From an uncultured Bdellovibrionales bacterium (GTDB taxonomy: Bacteria; Bdellovibrionota; Bdellovibrionia; Bdellovibrionales; JAGQZY01), in assembly GCA_965368905.1 (NCBI GenBank), contig CBDUOS010000002.1:1-57257 (forward strand): a stretch of DNA of 57,257 bases. The letters run 5' to 3'. The notes beneath the pieces were generated by a model. The model saw only the letters and a program-made list of their open reading frames with translations, was not told the DNA's origin and did not search any database. Both the position numbers and the translations under genes were made by a program. Shown one piece after another: positions 28,129 through 36,661 of this stretch (position 1 is the stretch's first letter; each line of letters starts with the position of its first letter).

Positions 28129-29085
28129 CTACTGTCTTTTAAATTCATCAACAAGACCTGCCAGCTCCTCTTGGCTCTGGCTCAGGTCCAGGGGGATCTG
28201 TTGGTGTGAGGATCTTTCGGACAAGCTGGCTCGGCATTTTTTTGCGCAGATGGGTGGTCCCATTTGCTTCCATTCTTTCTTCAGCTGTAAGAGTCGAGAA
28301 TCTTTCATCACAGAGCCAAATTCTTGTGAGATGGGGTATTGCATCTCCACATTGGAGTTGGTCCAGCAGCAAGGAGAATAGGCCCCATTGGCTGCAAGAT
28401 AATGCATCGACTGTGTTTGGCACTTTGGTTCAATTCGATCTCCTGGGTTACTTGCCTGAGCGATCCAAGTTGGATTGGGGGCCATGGGGTCCATGCCCAT
28501 GTTGTTGGTCCAATGGCCGTTAAAAAGGTGGCTTTTTGTGAGGAGAAACGTGTGTACACCCATTCTCTTGGCATGTTTTATAGTATCGAGAATTTGATCT
28601 TGGTTGTGTGAAAAAACAATAAACTTCCATATTGTATGGACCTGATCGACACATAACTCGATAGCCTTTTCAATCCACTCCCAGTGAGCTCCGACTCGGT
28701 ACTGAGAGTTGGTTTTGGAAAGACCATCAATGCTGAGCAAAACACTATCCTGTGGAGTCAATTGATCTAAAACTCGAGTCCAACGTTTTTCATTTTGATT
28801 TCCGCTGGTATGAATAAGGTGCTTGGCACTGGGTCGAATATCACGAGCTAAAGCGATCAACTCATCCAAATGAGGATGCATTAAAGGGTCTCCGTAGTTG
28901 CCGCCATATTCAATGGTTTCAAGATTGTCCCACAGACTCGAATTCAACAGCCGAGCTAATATTTCAGAATCTAGATGCTCAAGATCATATGAATCAGGAG
29001 ACTCAGTCCTAGGGCAACGAGGGCATTTTAGATTACAATAAGTGGATGGTTCCACATATAAATAGGTGAAGCGATCTGCAAACAT
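28129..29085 (-). CDS. Radical SAM enzyme with Cys-rich SPASM/twitch-like C-terminus
   Basis: CNLKCPRC (CxxxCxxC) near the N-terminus, plus GGNYGDPLMH. The C-terminal CQTQSMHYLAANGAYSPCC fits C-x12-G-x4-C, followed by ICAKKC. ATG at 29085 is preferred; the track start at 29187 would overlap the upstream PilZ ORF. Confidence 0.75.
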   Translation of the reverse strand: MFADRFTYLYVEPSTYCNLKCPRCPRTESPDSYDLEHLDSEILARLLNSSLWDNLETIEYGGNYGDPLMHPHLDELIALARDIRPSAKHLIHTSGNQNEKRWTRVLDQLTPQDSVLLSIDGLSKTNSQYRVGAHWEWIEKAIELCVDQVHTIWKFIVFSHNQDQILDTIKHAKRMGVHTFLLTKSHLFNGHWTNNMGMDPMAPNPTWIAQASNPGDRIEPKCQTQSMHYLAANGAYSPCCWTNSNVEMQYPISQEFGSVMKDSRLLQLKKEWKQMGPPICAKKCRASLSERSSHQQIPLDLSQSQEELAGLVDEFKRQ

Positions 29086-29104
29086 CCCGGTAAGGATACA
29101 TGAT

Positions 29105-29491
29105 CTATTCTGAAAGTTCACCCGGGCTTGGAAGCAGGTCGCATAAACATTCTCGCCAATACTCCGGTGCGTCAGATGTGTAGTCAATTCCTATTTCAAA
29201 CATAGACTCACCACAGTAACGTGTACGCGTGACGATTCCAGTAATATCCAAATCCATCGCCGGAATGAATATTGAGACTTGTAAGCCTTCGACATCTTCA
29301 ATACTTAGGTTTTCTCGTAGAAGGGGATCGCAAATTTCCTCTCTGCGAACCTCTAAACGAAATCCACTGGTTGATGCTTCTGTTAGCATTCCTCCGTCGG
29401 CAATTGGGGTCAGGTCACTAATGGAAATTAAACCTTGTATAGCAAGGGGATCTAGCTGTTTTCGGTCAAAATATCGTTTCTCTGATCGCAT
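29105..29491 (-). CDS. PilZ-domain protein (putative c-di-GMP receptor)
   Basis: EKRYFDRK supplies an RxxxR-like motif and EASTSGFRL resembles D/NxSxxG (E in first position). A beta-barrel-like remainder (ITGIVTRTRYCGESMFEIGIDY) follows. 19 nt upstream of the radical SAM gene. Confidence 0.55.
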   Translation of the reverse strand: MRSEKRYFDRKQLDPLAIQGLISISDLTPIADGGMLTEASTSGFRLEVRREEICDPLLRENLSIEDVEGLQVSIFIPAMDLDITGIVTRTRYCGESMFEIGIDYTSDAPEYWRECLCDLLPSPGELSE

Positions 29492-29711
29492 TTCTTACTC
29501 CTTGCTCAAAGCCGCTATTCAAGAAGCCCTCAGGACTTAAATCCTTGTCGGTGGATCTGGATAAAAGTTTAGGGCTTAAGGAAAATCCCTATTTTTTACT
29601 GTCTCAGAACGGGATTCATTATCAATCAATTGAACAGTTGATCGTAATTTGATCAGTAGACCCAATCTTTTTTCTTTAATAAACTGATAAGAGAACGTTA
29701 AGGGCTAGGTA

Positions 29712-30791
29712 ATGAGAAGAGAATTTATTATACAAGGAACACTCACGACAGCAGCTTTGCTCGGTTTCCGTTTTTCGTGGGCTAGTCGATTTCAAAACTA
29801 TTTTGTTTTTGGGTTTCAAGAAAATGGATCTGCCTATTTTGCGCGTTACGATCTAAAATCGGGAAAGTTTAAAAAGTTGAAAGTTAACCCTGCTCGAAAG
29901 TTGCATGAAATCTTTATTCACAAGAATCAGAAGAATATACTTTTTTGTGCCGATAAAAACGGAAAGAGTCTTCTTGTAGTAGATCTTGAAAAGATGAAAT
30001 TGGTTACCCGGCATACACTGGCTGAGGGAATGCGCTTTTATGGACATGGTGTTTTTGACTTGGAAGGGCGTCATCTTTGGCTAACAGCTTATGGTAATGG
30101 TTATAAAGGGTTTCTGATCAAATTTGACACTTTTTCTCGAAAATTTGTTAGAGAGATTCCGCTGCTTGGATACTATCCTCATCAGATTCATAGATTGTCT
30201 GACGACTCATTAGTTGTTGGGCAAATCAATGATATGTCAAAATTTCGCTCTCAGTTGTGTCGGGTTGACCCGTTTAAGAATAAAATAACACTAAAGCATG
30301 TTTTTTCAGAACACAAGATCGGTACTGTGGATCACTTCACTGTTGTTGAAGGGGATCTGATTGTAGCTCCTCTCACAAAAGAAGTACAAACCACTACTGG
30401 TAAAGAGTATAAGCCGGCACCAATTTACCAATGGAAGGTTGGCGAACAAAAAGGTGACTTTGTAAAACTCCCGCCAACGAAGAAATCAGAAAGTTTAACT
30501 GACACGGTACTTCCATTCAGAGACCGGTATGTTTTAGTAACGAATAGTCATAGAAAAGATTTGTTCTTATATGATTACAAAAAACGTTATTTTGCAGACA
30601 TTCTCAGTGTAGAACACTCACCTTTGGGCATCAGTTTAAGTGGCGATAATATTTTTGTGAATACTGACAACTTAGATCTGAAAAGAATTGTGTGCGAGGA
30701 TGGGAAACTAATGGTCAGCGATACGAAAATGTTAGCCAAGAAGAACGAGAAGATGAATTATATTTTCGAAGCTCATGCCTTCTTGATGTAG
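29712..30791 (+). CDS. Tat-exported beta-propeller-like protein, DUF1513-like
   Basis: Twin-arginine N-terminus MRREFIIQG...SWA. MRFYGHGVFDLEGRHLWLTAYGN resembles the DUF1513 core motif as I recall it. 359 aa. Confidence 0.45.
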   Translation: MRREFIIQGTLTTAALLGFRFSWASRFQNYFVFGFQENGSAYFARYDLKSGKFKKLKVNPARKLHEIFIHKNQKNILFCADKNGKSLLVVDLEKMKLVTRHTLAEGMRFYGHGVFDLEGRHLWLTAYGNGYKGFLIKFDTFSRKFVREIPLLGYYPHQIHRLSDDSLVVGQINDMSKFRSQLCRVDPFKNKITLKHVFSEHKIGTVDHFTVVEGDLIVAPLTKEVQTTTGKEYKPAPIYQWKVGEQKGDFVKLPPTKKSESLTDTVLPFRDRYVLVTNSHRKDLFLYDYKKRYFADILSVEHSPLGISLSGDNIFVNTDNLDLKRIVCEDGKLMVSDTKMLAKKNEKMNYIFEAHAFLM

Positions 30792-30795
30792 TATC

Positions 30796-31197
30796 TTAAA
30801 TAAATTTAGTAGTGTTCATTCTATAGCCAAGGTTTTTCATGGCTTTTGAATCGAAAATGTCTAGATTCGCTAATTCGTTTTCCCATCGAAGATAATTTTC
30901 CTTTGAAGAGAAAGTGAGTACTTTCATATGGTATGAGGTTTTTTTGATAGTTTTTTTAAATAGAACCAATTGCTTTAATCGCTGATTCTTTTCTACTGAT
31001 AAAACATCTTGGGAGCGAAAAAACTTTTTCTGGTCTAGGTTGAAGTCTTCAATGTTTTTTCCAGAAGGATAATGTGTGGTAAATGCTACGGTATAAAAGC
31101 CACTTTTTCGACCCAAGGAACCAAGAAGGCTAAGGCCTCCAATAGAAAGAACAGCGTTTAGCCCATATCGAACAATAGTTCTTCGAGATAATTCCAT
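30796..31197 (-). CDS. Hypothetical small exported protein (Tat-like signal)
   Basis: MELSRRTIVRYGLNAVLSIGGLSLLG has an SRRxI/V twin-arginine-like motif. No family recognised. Confidence 0.4.
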   Translation of the reverse strand: MELSRRTIVRYGLNAVLSIGGLSLLGSLGRKSGFYTVAFTTHYPSGKNIEDFNLDQKKFFRSQDVLSVEKNQRLKQLVLFKKTIKKTSYHMKVLTFSSKENYLRWENELANLDIFDSKAMKNLGYRMNTTKFI

Positions 31198-31293
31198 AGG
31201 TTACCTACCTTTGGAATAGGATAAGAGACCCCCATGAAAATGTAAAGAAATTGGACGGGGAGTATTCAAATCTCTTCTCGAAATGGTTTCAAA

Positions 31294-31839
31294 TTAAGAC
31301 AATTGGACAGGAGCTATCATAAGAGATTCAATGTTGAGGCCCCTTGGAGCTGAAAGTATAAAGTCTAGGCAGTGATTCAGTTGTTCCTGTGATATTTTTG
31401 GAGGAGGAAGTGGGGAGCAGCTTTCAGTGTCCATCATTCCAAGAGCAAGAAGGCTGACTCTGCATTGGGATTGTTCTGCCTGAATTGTTTGGGTTAACGC
31501 ATGCAATGCCGCCTTTTCTGCCGTGTACTGAGAATCGACAAGCTGCCAAATTTCAGGTCGAAAATGACCTGCGCCAATATTGAGGATTAACTTTTCAGAA
31601 TTTTTCCATTTCTTAAAAACTTTTTGTAAGAGCTCAACTTGAGCAAAGCCAGAATGAGCATTGTTAACAAAAATATTGGCACTTTCGCAGGCCAGGACCA
31701 GTTCATCTTGAACATGGGGATCGTTAATATCTTTTTCTTCAGATTGAGAGAAACCTTGGATCTCAAAGTCTTTTTCTTTCAGATAGGAGGAAATCCATTT
31801 GCCTACTCCACGTTTGTGTCCCGTTACCAATGCCTTCAC
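31294..31839 (-). CDS. Short-chain dehydrogenase/reductase-like protein (compact, 181 aa)
   Basis: TGHKRGVGK (TGxxxGxG), NNAH, and YTAEKAAL (YxxxK). Confidence 0.55.
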   Translation of the reverse strand: MKALVTGHKRGVGKWISSYLKEKDFEIQGFSQSEEKDINDPHVQDELVLACESANIFVNNAHSGFAQVELLQKVFKKWKNSEKLILNIGAGHFRPEIWQLVDSQYTAEKAALHALTQTIQAEQSQCRVSLLALGMMDTESCSPLPPPKISQEQLNHCLDFILSAPRGLNIESLMIAPVQLS

Positions 31840-31907
31840 AATCCTCCTCCAGCGTTCTGACTCGAAAGTTCTTTATTTGAAAATAACACTCTTTTATACT
31901 GTTTTCT

Positions 31908-32330
31908 GTGAGTCTTCGTCAAAACTACCGATTTTCAGAAAAAACTAAGTTGGGTGATTCAGTCATTCATGGAAAGGGGCGTTTTGCGACCTTGCCGATA
32001 GAACGCGGTGAAGTCGTAATTGAGGCCGGAGGACGAGTCATAAGCTTGGAAGAGTTTAACAAAACAAAGGAAGATTCAGTCAGTTATCTTCTGATGCCCG
32101 GCGCCAAAGTTTTGGTTACCAAGTGCCAGGAGAGGTTTAATGTATCTTCAGTTAATCACTCTTGTGATCCAAATATGGTTTTTGAGTTTCCATTTTGGAC
32201 TGCAAATAGAAATATTCAACCAGGAGAAGAGTTGACGACTGATTATTCGGAATTGGGCTACGAATCTAGTGACGATCTGCTACCCCAACAGTGTAATTGT
32301 CAGTCAGATCAATGCCGAAAGAAAGTTTGA
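31908..32330 (+). CDS. SET-domain (putative lysine) methyltransferase with post-SET Cys motif
   Basis: GKGRFAT, NHSCDPN, ELTTDYS and C-terminal CNCQSDQC (CxCx4C). The GTG start is uncertain. Confidence 0.75.
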   Translation: MSLRQNYRFSEKTKLGDSVIHGKGRFATLPIERGEVVIEAGGRVISLEEFNKTKEDSVSYLLMPGAKVLVTKCQERFNVSSVNHSCDPNMVFEFPFWTANRNIQPGEELTTDYSELGYESSDDLLPQQCNCQSDQCRKKV

Positions 32331-32338
32331 GGCGTAAA

Positions 32339-33094
32339 ATGGATATCCCAATTCTAGAGAGTGTAGAAGATTTTAAACTTTTGACTGCAAAAGAAAAAAA
32401 AGAGCACTTTGCATTTATCATTAAGAACGTCATCCCAGTAGAAAATTGTAAAGAAATCATTGAAGAAATTTTTAACTGGTCAAGCACAATTCCTCCACAA
32501 AATCCTGAAGAGCCGTATCCCACAGGAGTCTATAATCTTCATTTGCAAGTAAAACACAACGAACCTGCACCCGAGGAGCATATCAATTCTGAGTTGGGGA
32601 CGGATTTTCATGAACGCTATACTGATGTTGATGTCTACAATTATCGAATAGGTTGGATTGAAGATCCTAAATTTGTCAGATCTGCACCAAGGTTCTACGA
32701 CTTCGGAAAGAAAATTCTGAACGACTATCGTTTAATGACTGGGTTTGATTTTCAGCACGGTCCTGGCGGAAACAAGAACTTATACTTTGAATTTGCTCAG
32801 TATCCTTTAGGGAGTGGACATATCGAAAGACACACTCACTTAAGGAATATTGGCAATGGGCAGATGTGGAACTATATGACGTTATTAACACAGGATGGTG
32901 TCGACCACAGTTCGGCGAGTTTAAAGTTTGAATATAACAAAAGAATTTTTGACACACGTGAAGTAATAAATCAAGGGGATGGCATTTTGTTTCGCATGGA
33001 TATTCCCCATTTTGTGGATAGTGTAAGATCAGTCGAACAAAAATCTGTTACGCCAACCTCTGGTCGTTGGACTGTGGGTCTATTTTACTATTAG
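32339..33094 (+). CDS. Cupin/double-stranded beta-helix oxygenase-like protein, family X1 (paralog of 43141-43812)
   Basis: ATG 8 nt after the SET stop, with a GAGG SD. NLYFEFAQYPLGSGHIERHTH, GDGILFRMDIPHFV and C-terminal GRWTVGLFYY. These motifs are shared with the ORF at 43141-43812. Confidence 0.45.
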   Translation: MDIPILESVEDFKLLTAKEKKEHFAFIIKNVIPVENCKEIIEEIFNWSSTIPPQNPEEPYPTGVYNLHLQVKHNEPAPEEHINSELGTDFHERYTDVDVYNYRIGWIEDPKFVRSAPRFYDFGKKILNDYRLMTGFDFQHGPGGNKNLYFEFAQYPLGSGHIERHTHLRNIGNGQMWNYMTLLTQDGVDHSSASLKFEYNKRIFDTREVINQGDGILFRMDIPHFVDSVRSVEQKSVTPTSGRWTVGLFYY

Positions 33095-33965
33095 TTTTTT
33101 TAGTAAGTATGGATAATGCAGTACGGATAAAGCGTGGGTAAACTTTAAAATAACTCCATACAATATTCTCATTTGGGTCAGAAAAAGGGTTGTTAAAAAC
33201 ACCAGTCTTCAGGTTATGAGCATTTGAAGGGTTGGTGTATGTACCAAAGAGATGGTCCCAAAATGCAAAATAGGTTCCAAAATTTGAGTGTTGGAGTTTA
33301 GATTTTGAATGATGGGTGCGGTGATACAGTGGGCTGACTAAGACATACTTACCAAACCAACCATAAGTTGTATTCCAGCGACTGTGTGCGAGACAGCTTA
33401 GGACATCTAAACTGAAAAAGAATATAACAATCATTTCTGGTGGAACTCGAAAAAGAAGGCGAATCGGTATTAAAACCATTATGAAGAGAAATGGGAAACT
33501 GAGGGCGTGAATTCGGATATCACTCAGTGGGTTCAGTGCTGTTGCAGAATGGTGATATTCATGTTGAACCCAAAGTGGCTGTAAATGGCTTAGGCGATGA
33601 TACCAATAAAGCAAAAAGTCATATATTATTAAATAGATCAGTAGTAACAATGCCGACTGACCTTCGAAATACTGATCTAATCGTAGACTCGGTAGGTGTT
33701 GAGAAGAATAAAGAACGCCACCTAACATAACAACATTCCCCAAAAGTTTTCGACCATTGATGAGTTCAATTAGTAGAGTTAAAATGTCATGTTTCAATGA
33801 TACTTTAGACTCTACCATTTGTTCGAAAGGACCAAAAATAATTCGGTCTAACGAAAAGGCCAATAGGTACAAGCAAATATGAAAAAACCCATAGGTGATA
33901 ATAAATTCCCAAATATCAGACAGTGAAAAGTAGTGAAAAATATTTCTAGCAAAGGCTTCAAGCAT
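33048..33965 (-). CDS. Fatty acid hydroxylase / sterol desaturase-family membrane di-iron enzyme
   Basis: His boxes YWYHRLSH, HEYHH, HSRWN, LYHRTHH and the FWDHLFGTY tail. Several TM helices. Confidence 0.75.
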   Translation of the reverse strand: MLEAFARNIFHYFSLSDIWEFIITYGFFHICLYLLAFSLDRIIFGPFEQMVESKVSLKHDILTLLIELINGRKLLGNVVMLGGVLYSSQHLPSLRLDQYFEGQSALLLLIYLIIYDFLLYWYHRLSHLQPLWVQHEYHHSATALNPLSDIRIHALSFPFLFIMVLIPIRLLFRVPPEMIVIFFFSLDVLSCLAHSRWNTTYGWFGKYVLVSPLYHRTHHSKSKLQHSNFGTYFAFWDHLFGTYTNPSNAHNLKTGVFNNPFSDPNENIVWSYFKVYPRFIRTALSILTKKTNSKIDPQSNDQRLA

Positions 33966-33996
33966 AGATAAATTTTTTCATGGAGTTTTAAAAAAC

Positions 33997-35010
33997 TCAA
34001 TGATTCCCTTTTAGCAAAGAGAGAATATATTTTTTTGACTCAGGACTTTTGGCCCTAAACATTACGGAGTCGTAGAAGTAATGCAGAATATTTAGTGAGT
34101 CCATAAACCACCAAAAGAGCAGCCATCCAGCAGGGGCGGCAAACTCCCTGTAATACTTAGGGTCAACAAAACCAAAAGTATCGTTTCTGAGGTTTAGAAA
34201 GCACATAATTCCATACAAACCAACCGCTGCAAAGATAAATAAGCTGGTCAATGAGAAACGGTATATTTCAGATTTAGACTGAGATTTTCCGCTCAATTGT
34301 TTAAAAAATAAAACATACTCTAAGCCATGAAAAGCTGAGATCGCCATGGCCATAATAGGACTAAAAATTCCAATTGGAAAAATTATGAGTCGACTCAAGA
34401 ACAATGTCTCATTTCTCATACTTAGTGACCTTCGAATTGCTTGAAAGACAGAGAATACGCAAAGCAGAAATGCAGGGTAGAGAATAAAATTTTGATAGTT
34501 TTTGTCGACAAAGAAAAAGGCGGCCAGAGCGAAAATGTAAGAAATGGATATGCCTAGAAAGTATTTTTTTGATTCAAACTTTTGGTGGAGTGCACCGCTG
34601 AGCAAAAATATACCATAAGTTTGCATAACTGAGTGGTGTAATCCATAGGCTCGCAAAGCAAAACGTGAAACTTCCCAGGAAATAGATTTTTCAAAGAAGA
34701 AGATATAAATGATACCAGTAGCTAAAAAAGTAACAGGTATTGCGAGTTTAATCTTGAAATTTGTCTGGGCAGCAATGCGGTACCATGTGCGCATTTCTTT
34801 TATGAAAACGAGTCCAAGAAATGTAAATGCAATATGTACTAAATTGAAGAAAGCAATATCGGTGACAATTGACACTTGATCTTTAAATAGTTTTAGATTG
34901 TCGATGAGGCCACCATGAAAAACAGAAAAGCTGAGCAGGTAAAAGAGCAGGAGTGGAATTCCAACACTGTTGTGCAGACTTAAAATGTTAGTATTGTTTA
35001 CTTTCTTCAT
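33997..35010 (-). CDS. Polytopic membrane protein with conserved His motifs, family M (paralog of 44867-45871)
   Basis: About 9 hydrophobic segments. FFNLVH, IKEMRTW, LHHSVMQTYG, IFPIG, ISAFHGLEY and LHYFYDSVMFR are all mirrored in the paralog. Confidence 0.5.
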   Translation of the reverse strand: MKKVNNTNILSLHNSVGIPLLLFYLLSFSVFHGGLIDNLKLFKDQVSIVTDIAFFNLVHIAFTFLGLVFIKEMRTWYRIAAQTNFKIKLAIPVTFLATGIIYIFFFEKSISWEVSRFALRAYGLHHSVMQTYGIFLLSGALHQKFESKKYFLGISISYIFALAAFFFVDKNYQNFILYPAFLLCVFSVFQAIRRSLSMRNETLFLSRLIIFPIGIFSPIMAMAISAFHGLEYVLFFKQLSGKSQSKSEIYRFSLTSLFIFAAVGLYGIMCFLNLRNDTFGFVDPKYYREFAAPAGWLLFWWFMDSLNILHYFYDSVMFRAKSPESKKYILSLLKGNH

Positions 35011-35838
35011 TTAATAATTTTTTAACAAAAAATCTGTTCCTTCTTTGGTATAGTGCCCAGGGCCAAAACTTTTCAATGCGTGTACCACACTTGGCTTACC
35101 CTCAGTGGGACTCATTATATAAGACTTAAGAGAATCTACCAAGTTTACATATTCCATTGGTAAGTCTTCTTTCACAACTACCGCCTGATAGGATTTAAGA
35201 GCTTCATGGGCCATTTCTCGTTTTCGCAAAAGACTTAGCACAATAAATCTCTCAAAATGCCACTTGAGAATTTCTCGACCTAAATCAGGTTTTCTTAAAA
35301 GATAAGAGTCGTAGCTAGAATCTAAGTAACTAAGGGCTTTTTTGTACTGAGATTTGCGTCGAAAAATTTTTGCTAGAGTGATTTGTGGCCAAAAAATGAG
35401 ACTTGGTTTGCTATTGTTGAATTTAATCCGATACTTCTCGAGAATAGACTGCCCCAGCTCAACATTGCTCCAGCGGGGACTATTGGGATTAAGGTAGATT
35501 TTTAACAAACTTAAGATTGTTCTCAAAAAAGGGGTTTGTTTTAAGGGTTTATACAGTTCGTTTCTTTCATAAGACTTTAAAAGGTCTGCTCCGGCTTCAA
35601 AACCTTCTTTTTCAAATTTTACAAGGATGGATTCTAAGTAGAAATCAATTTTCACATCTTGTTCTAAGTTTGTCGCGTCTGTCTGCTCTACGAGTTTGGA
35701 GGCTTCTTCCAATTGCAATGTAAAGCGAAGCCATTTGATCTGGTCACATAAAGGTCGGTCTTTGTGGGTGATGTTGGTTTTACAACCTGCCAAAAATAAG
35801 AAACATAGCAGAAAACTAGTTTTCAACATAACCTTCAT
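35011..35838 (-). CDS. Lipoprotein, helical, unknown function
   Basis: MKVMLKTSFLLCFLFLAGC (lipobox LAGC). The stop abuts the start of the 33997-35010 gene. ATG at 35838 is preferred over TTG at 35865. Confidence 0.55.
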   Translation of the reverse strand: MKVMLKTSFLLCFLFLAGCKTNITHKDRPLCDQIKWLRFTLQLEEASKLVEQTDATNLEQDVKIDFYLESILVKFEKEGFEAGADLLKSYERNELYKPLKQTPFLRTILSLLKIYLNPNSPRWSNVELGQSILEKYRIKFNNSKPSLIFWPQITLAKIFRRKSQYKKALSYLDSSYDSYLLRKPDLGREILKWHFERFIVLSLLRKREMAHEALKSYQAVVVKEDLPMEYVNLVDSLKSYIMSPTEGKPSVVHALKSFGPGHYTKEGTDFLLKNY

Positions 35839-36661
35839 TGTAGCGGGGATTGAAGAAATACACAAAAAGTGCAGGGAGATAGAGTGGCAAAAACTCGTAA
35901 ATACCCATTAGAACAAGGGTTGAGGTTATAAACATCGCCGCAAAGAACCCATAGATTCGTGGTTTTTTGAATACTAGAAAGAGACCTCCAAACATCTCAA
36001 AAAGTAGAACCGAAGCTCCAATAAAAGAACAAAATATCTTAGATTCAGCCACCGTTAATGCAAGCGGATTGTCGGTTAGCAAATACCGATACAAAAAAAT
36101 CTGCTGGATATTAACCTCGGAAGGCCAATCCAAGCCTGCCGAAAGCATCTTTGATAACCCAGCAGATACTAAAGTTACTGGTAGAACCCAAAGGTATGGT
36201 TGGAAGGTTTCATTTCTCTTATTTTGGCCACTGTGCTTTCGTAAAAGGGTAGCCAGCAATGAGGCATGGAAAAATAGAATAAAACTCAAGCCATTGGCGA
36301 ATATATTGTCCGAGAACGACATAAAAAGTTCGTATTGTGAAGACCAGAGCACGAGGATCGCGTACATAATAACATGAGTAAAGATTCTAAATCTTATAAA
36401 GAGAGAAGTGAAGTAGAATAGAAGGAGTACAAAAAACAATATATGGAAATAAACCACATGAAGGTTAGGGATAAAAAACAAATTAAGAAACTTCAAAGAA
36501 GTCGTATTAACTGTTCCGGCGTACGTAGATCTCAGTGTTGAAAAATAAATATAGGGTAGACTTACTAAAGAAAAAAATGAAACAGGAATTGAATAGAATA
36601 GTGGGGCAAGTCTAATGTTGCTAAAATTAAAATATAAAGATTTCATCTTGTTCTCGATCAA
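35816..36661 (-). CDS. Polytopic membrane protein, unknown function (HTTM-like topology suspected)
   Basis: About 8 hydrophobic segments; no motif I can name with confidence. The start is either TTG at 36661 or ATG at 36646, and both overlap the upstream ORF. Confidence 0.45.
   Translation of the reverse strand: MIENKMKSLYFNFSNIRLAPLFYSIPVSFFSLVSLPYIYFSTLRSTYAGTVNTTSLKFLNLFFIPNLHVVYFHILFFVLLLFYFTSLFIRFRIFTHVIMYAILVLWSSQYELFMSFSDNIFANGLSFILFFHASLLATLLRKHSGQNKRNETFQPYLWVLPVTLVSAGLSKMLSAGLDWPSEVNIQQIFLYRYLLTDNPLALTVAESKIFCSFIGASVLLFEMFGGLFLVFKKPRIYGFFAAMFITSTLVLMGIYEFLPLYLPALFVYFFNPRYNEGYVEN

Noticed and set aside
29614-29640. Fur-box-like sequence (CATTATCAATCAATTGA) in the divergent PilZ/DUF1513 intergenic region
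   Set aside because: Only one ATTATCA half-site matches the 7-1-7 Fur consensus. The rest is generic AT-rich sequence.
30796-31197. Small ORFs in the block (30796-31197 and 36627-37022) considered as RiPP precursor peptides for the radical SAM enzymes
   Set aside because: At 130 aa or more, with export signals or membrane anchors and no leader/core or repeated-core pattern that I can see, they do not look like precursors. The remaining intergenic gaps are mostly under 100 bp. The largest, about 220 bp at 29492-29711, was only scanned by eye and showed no obvious precursor-type ORF.
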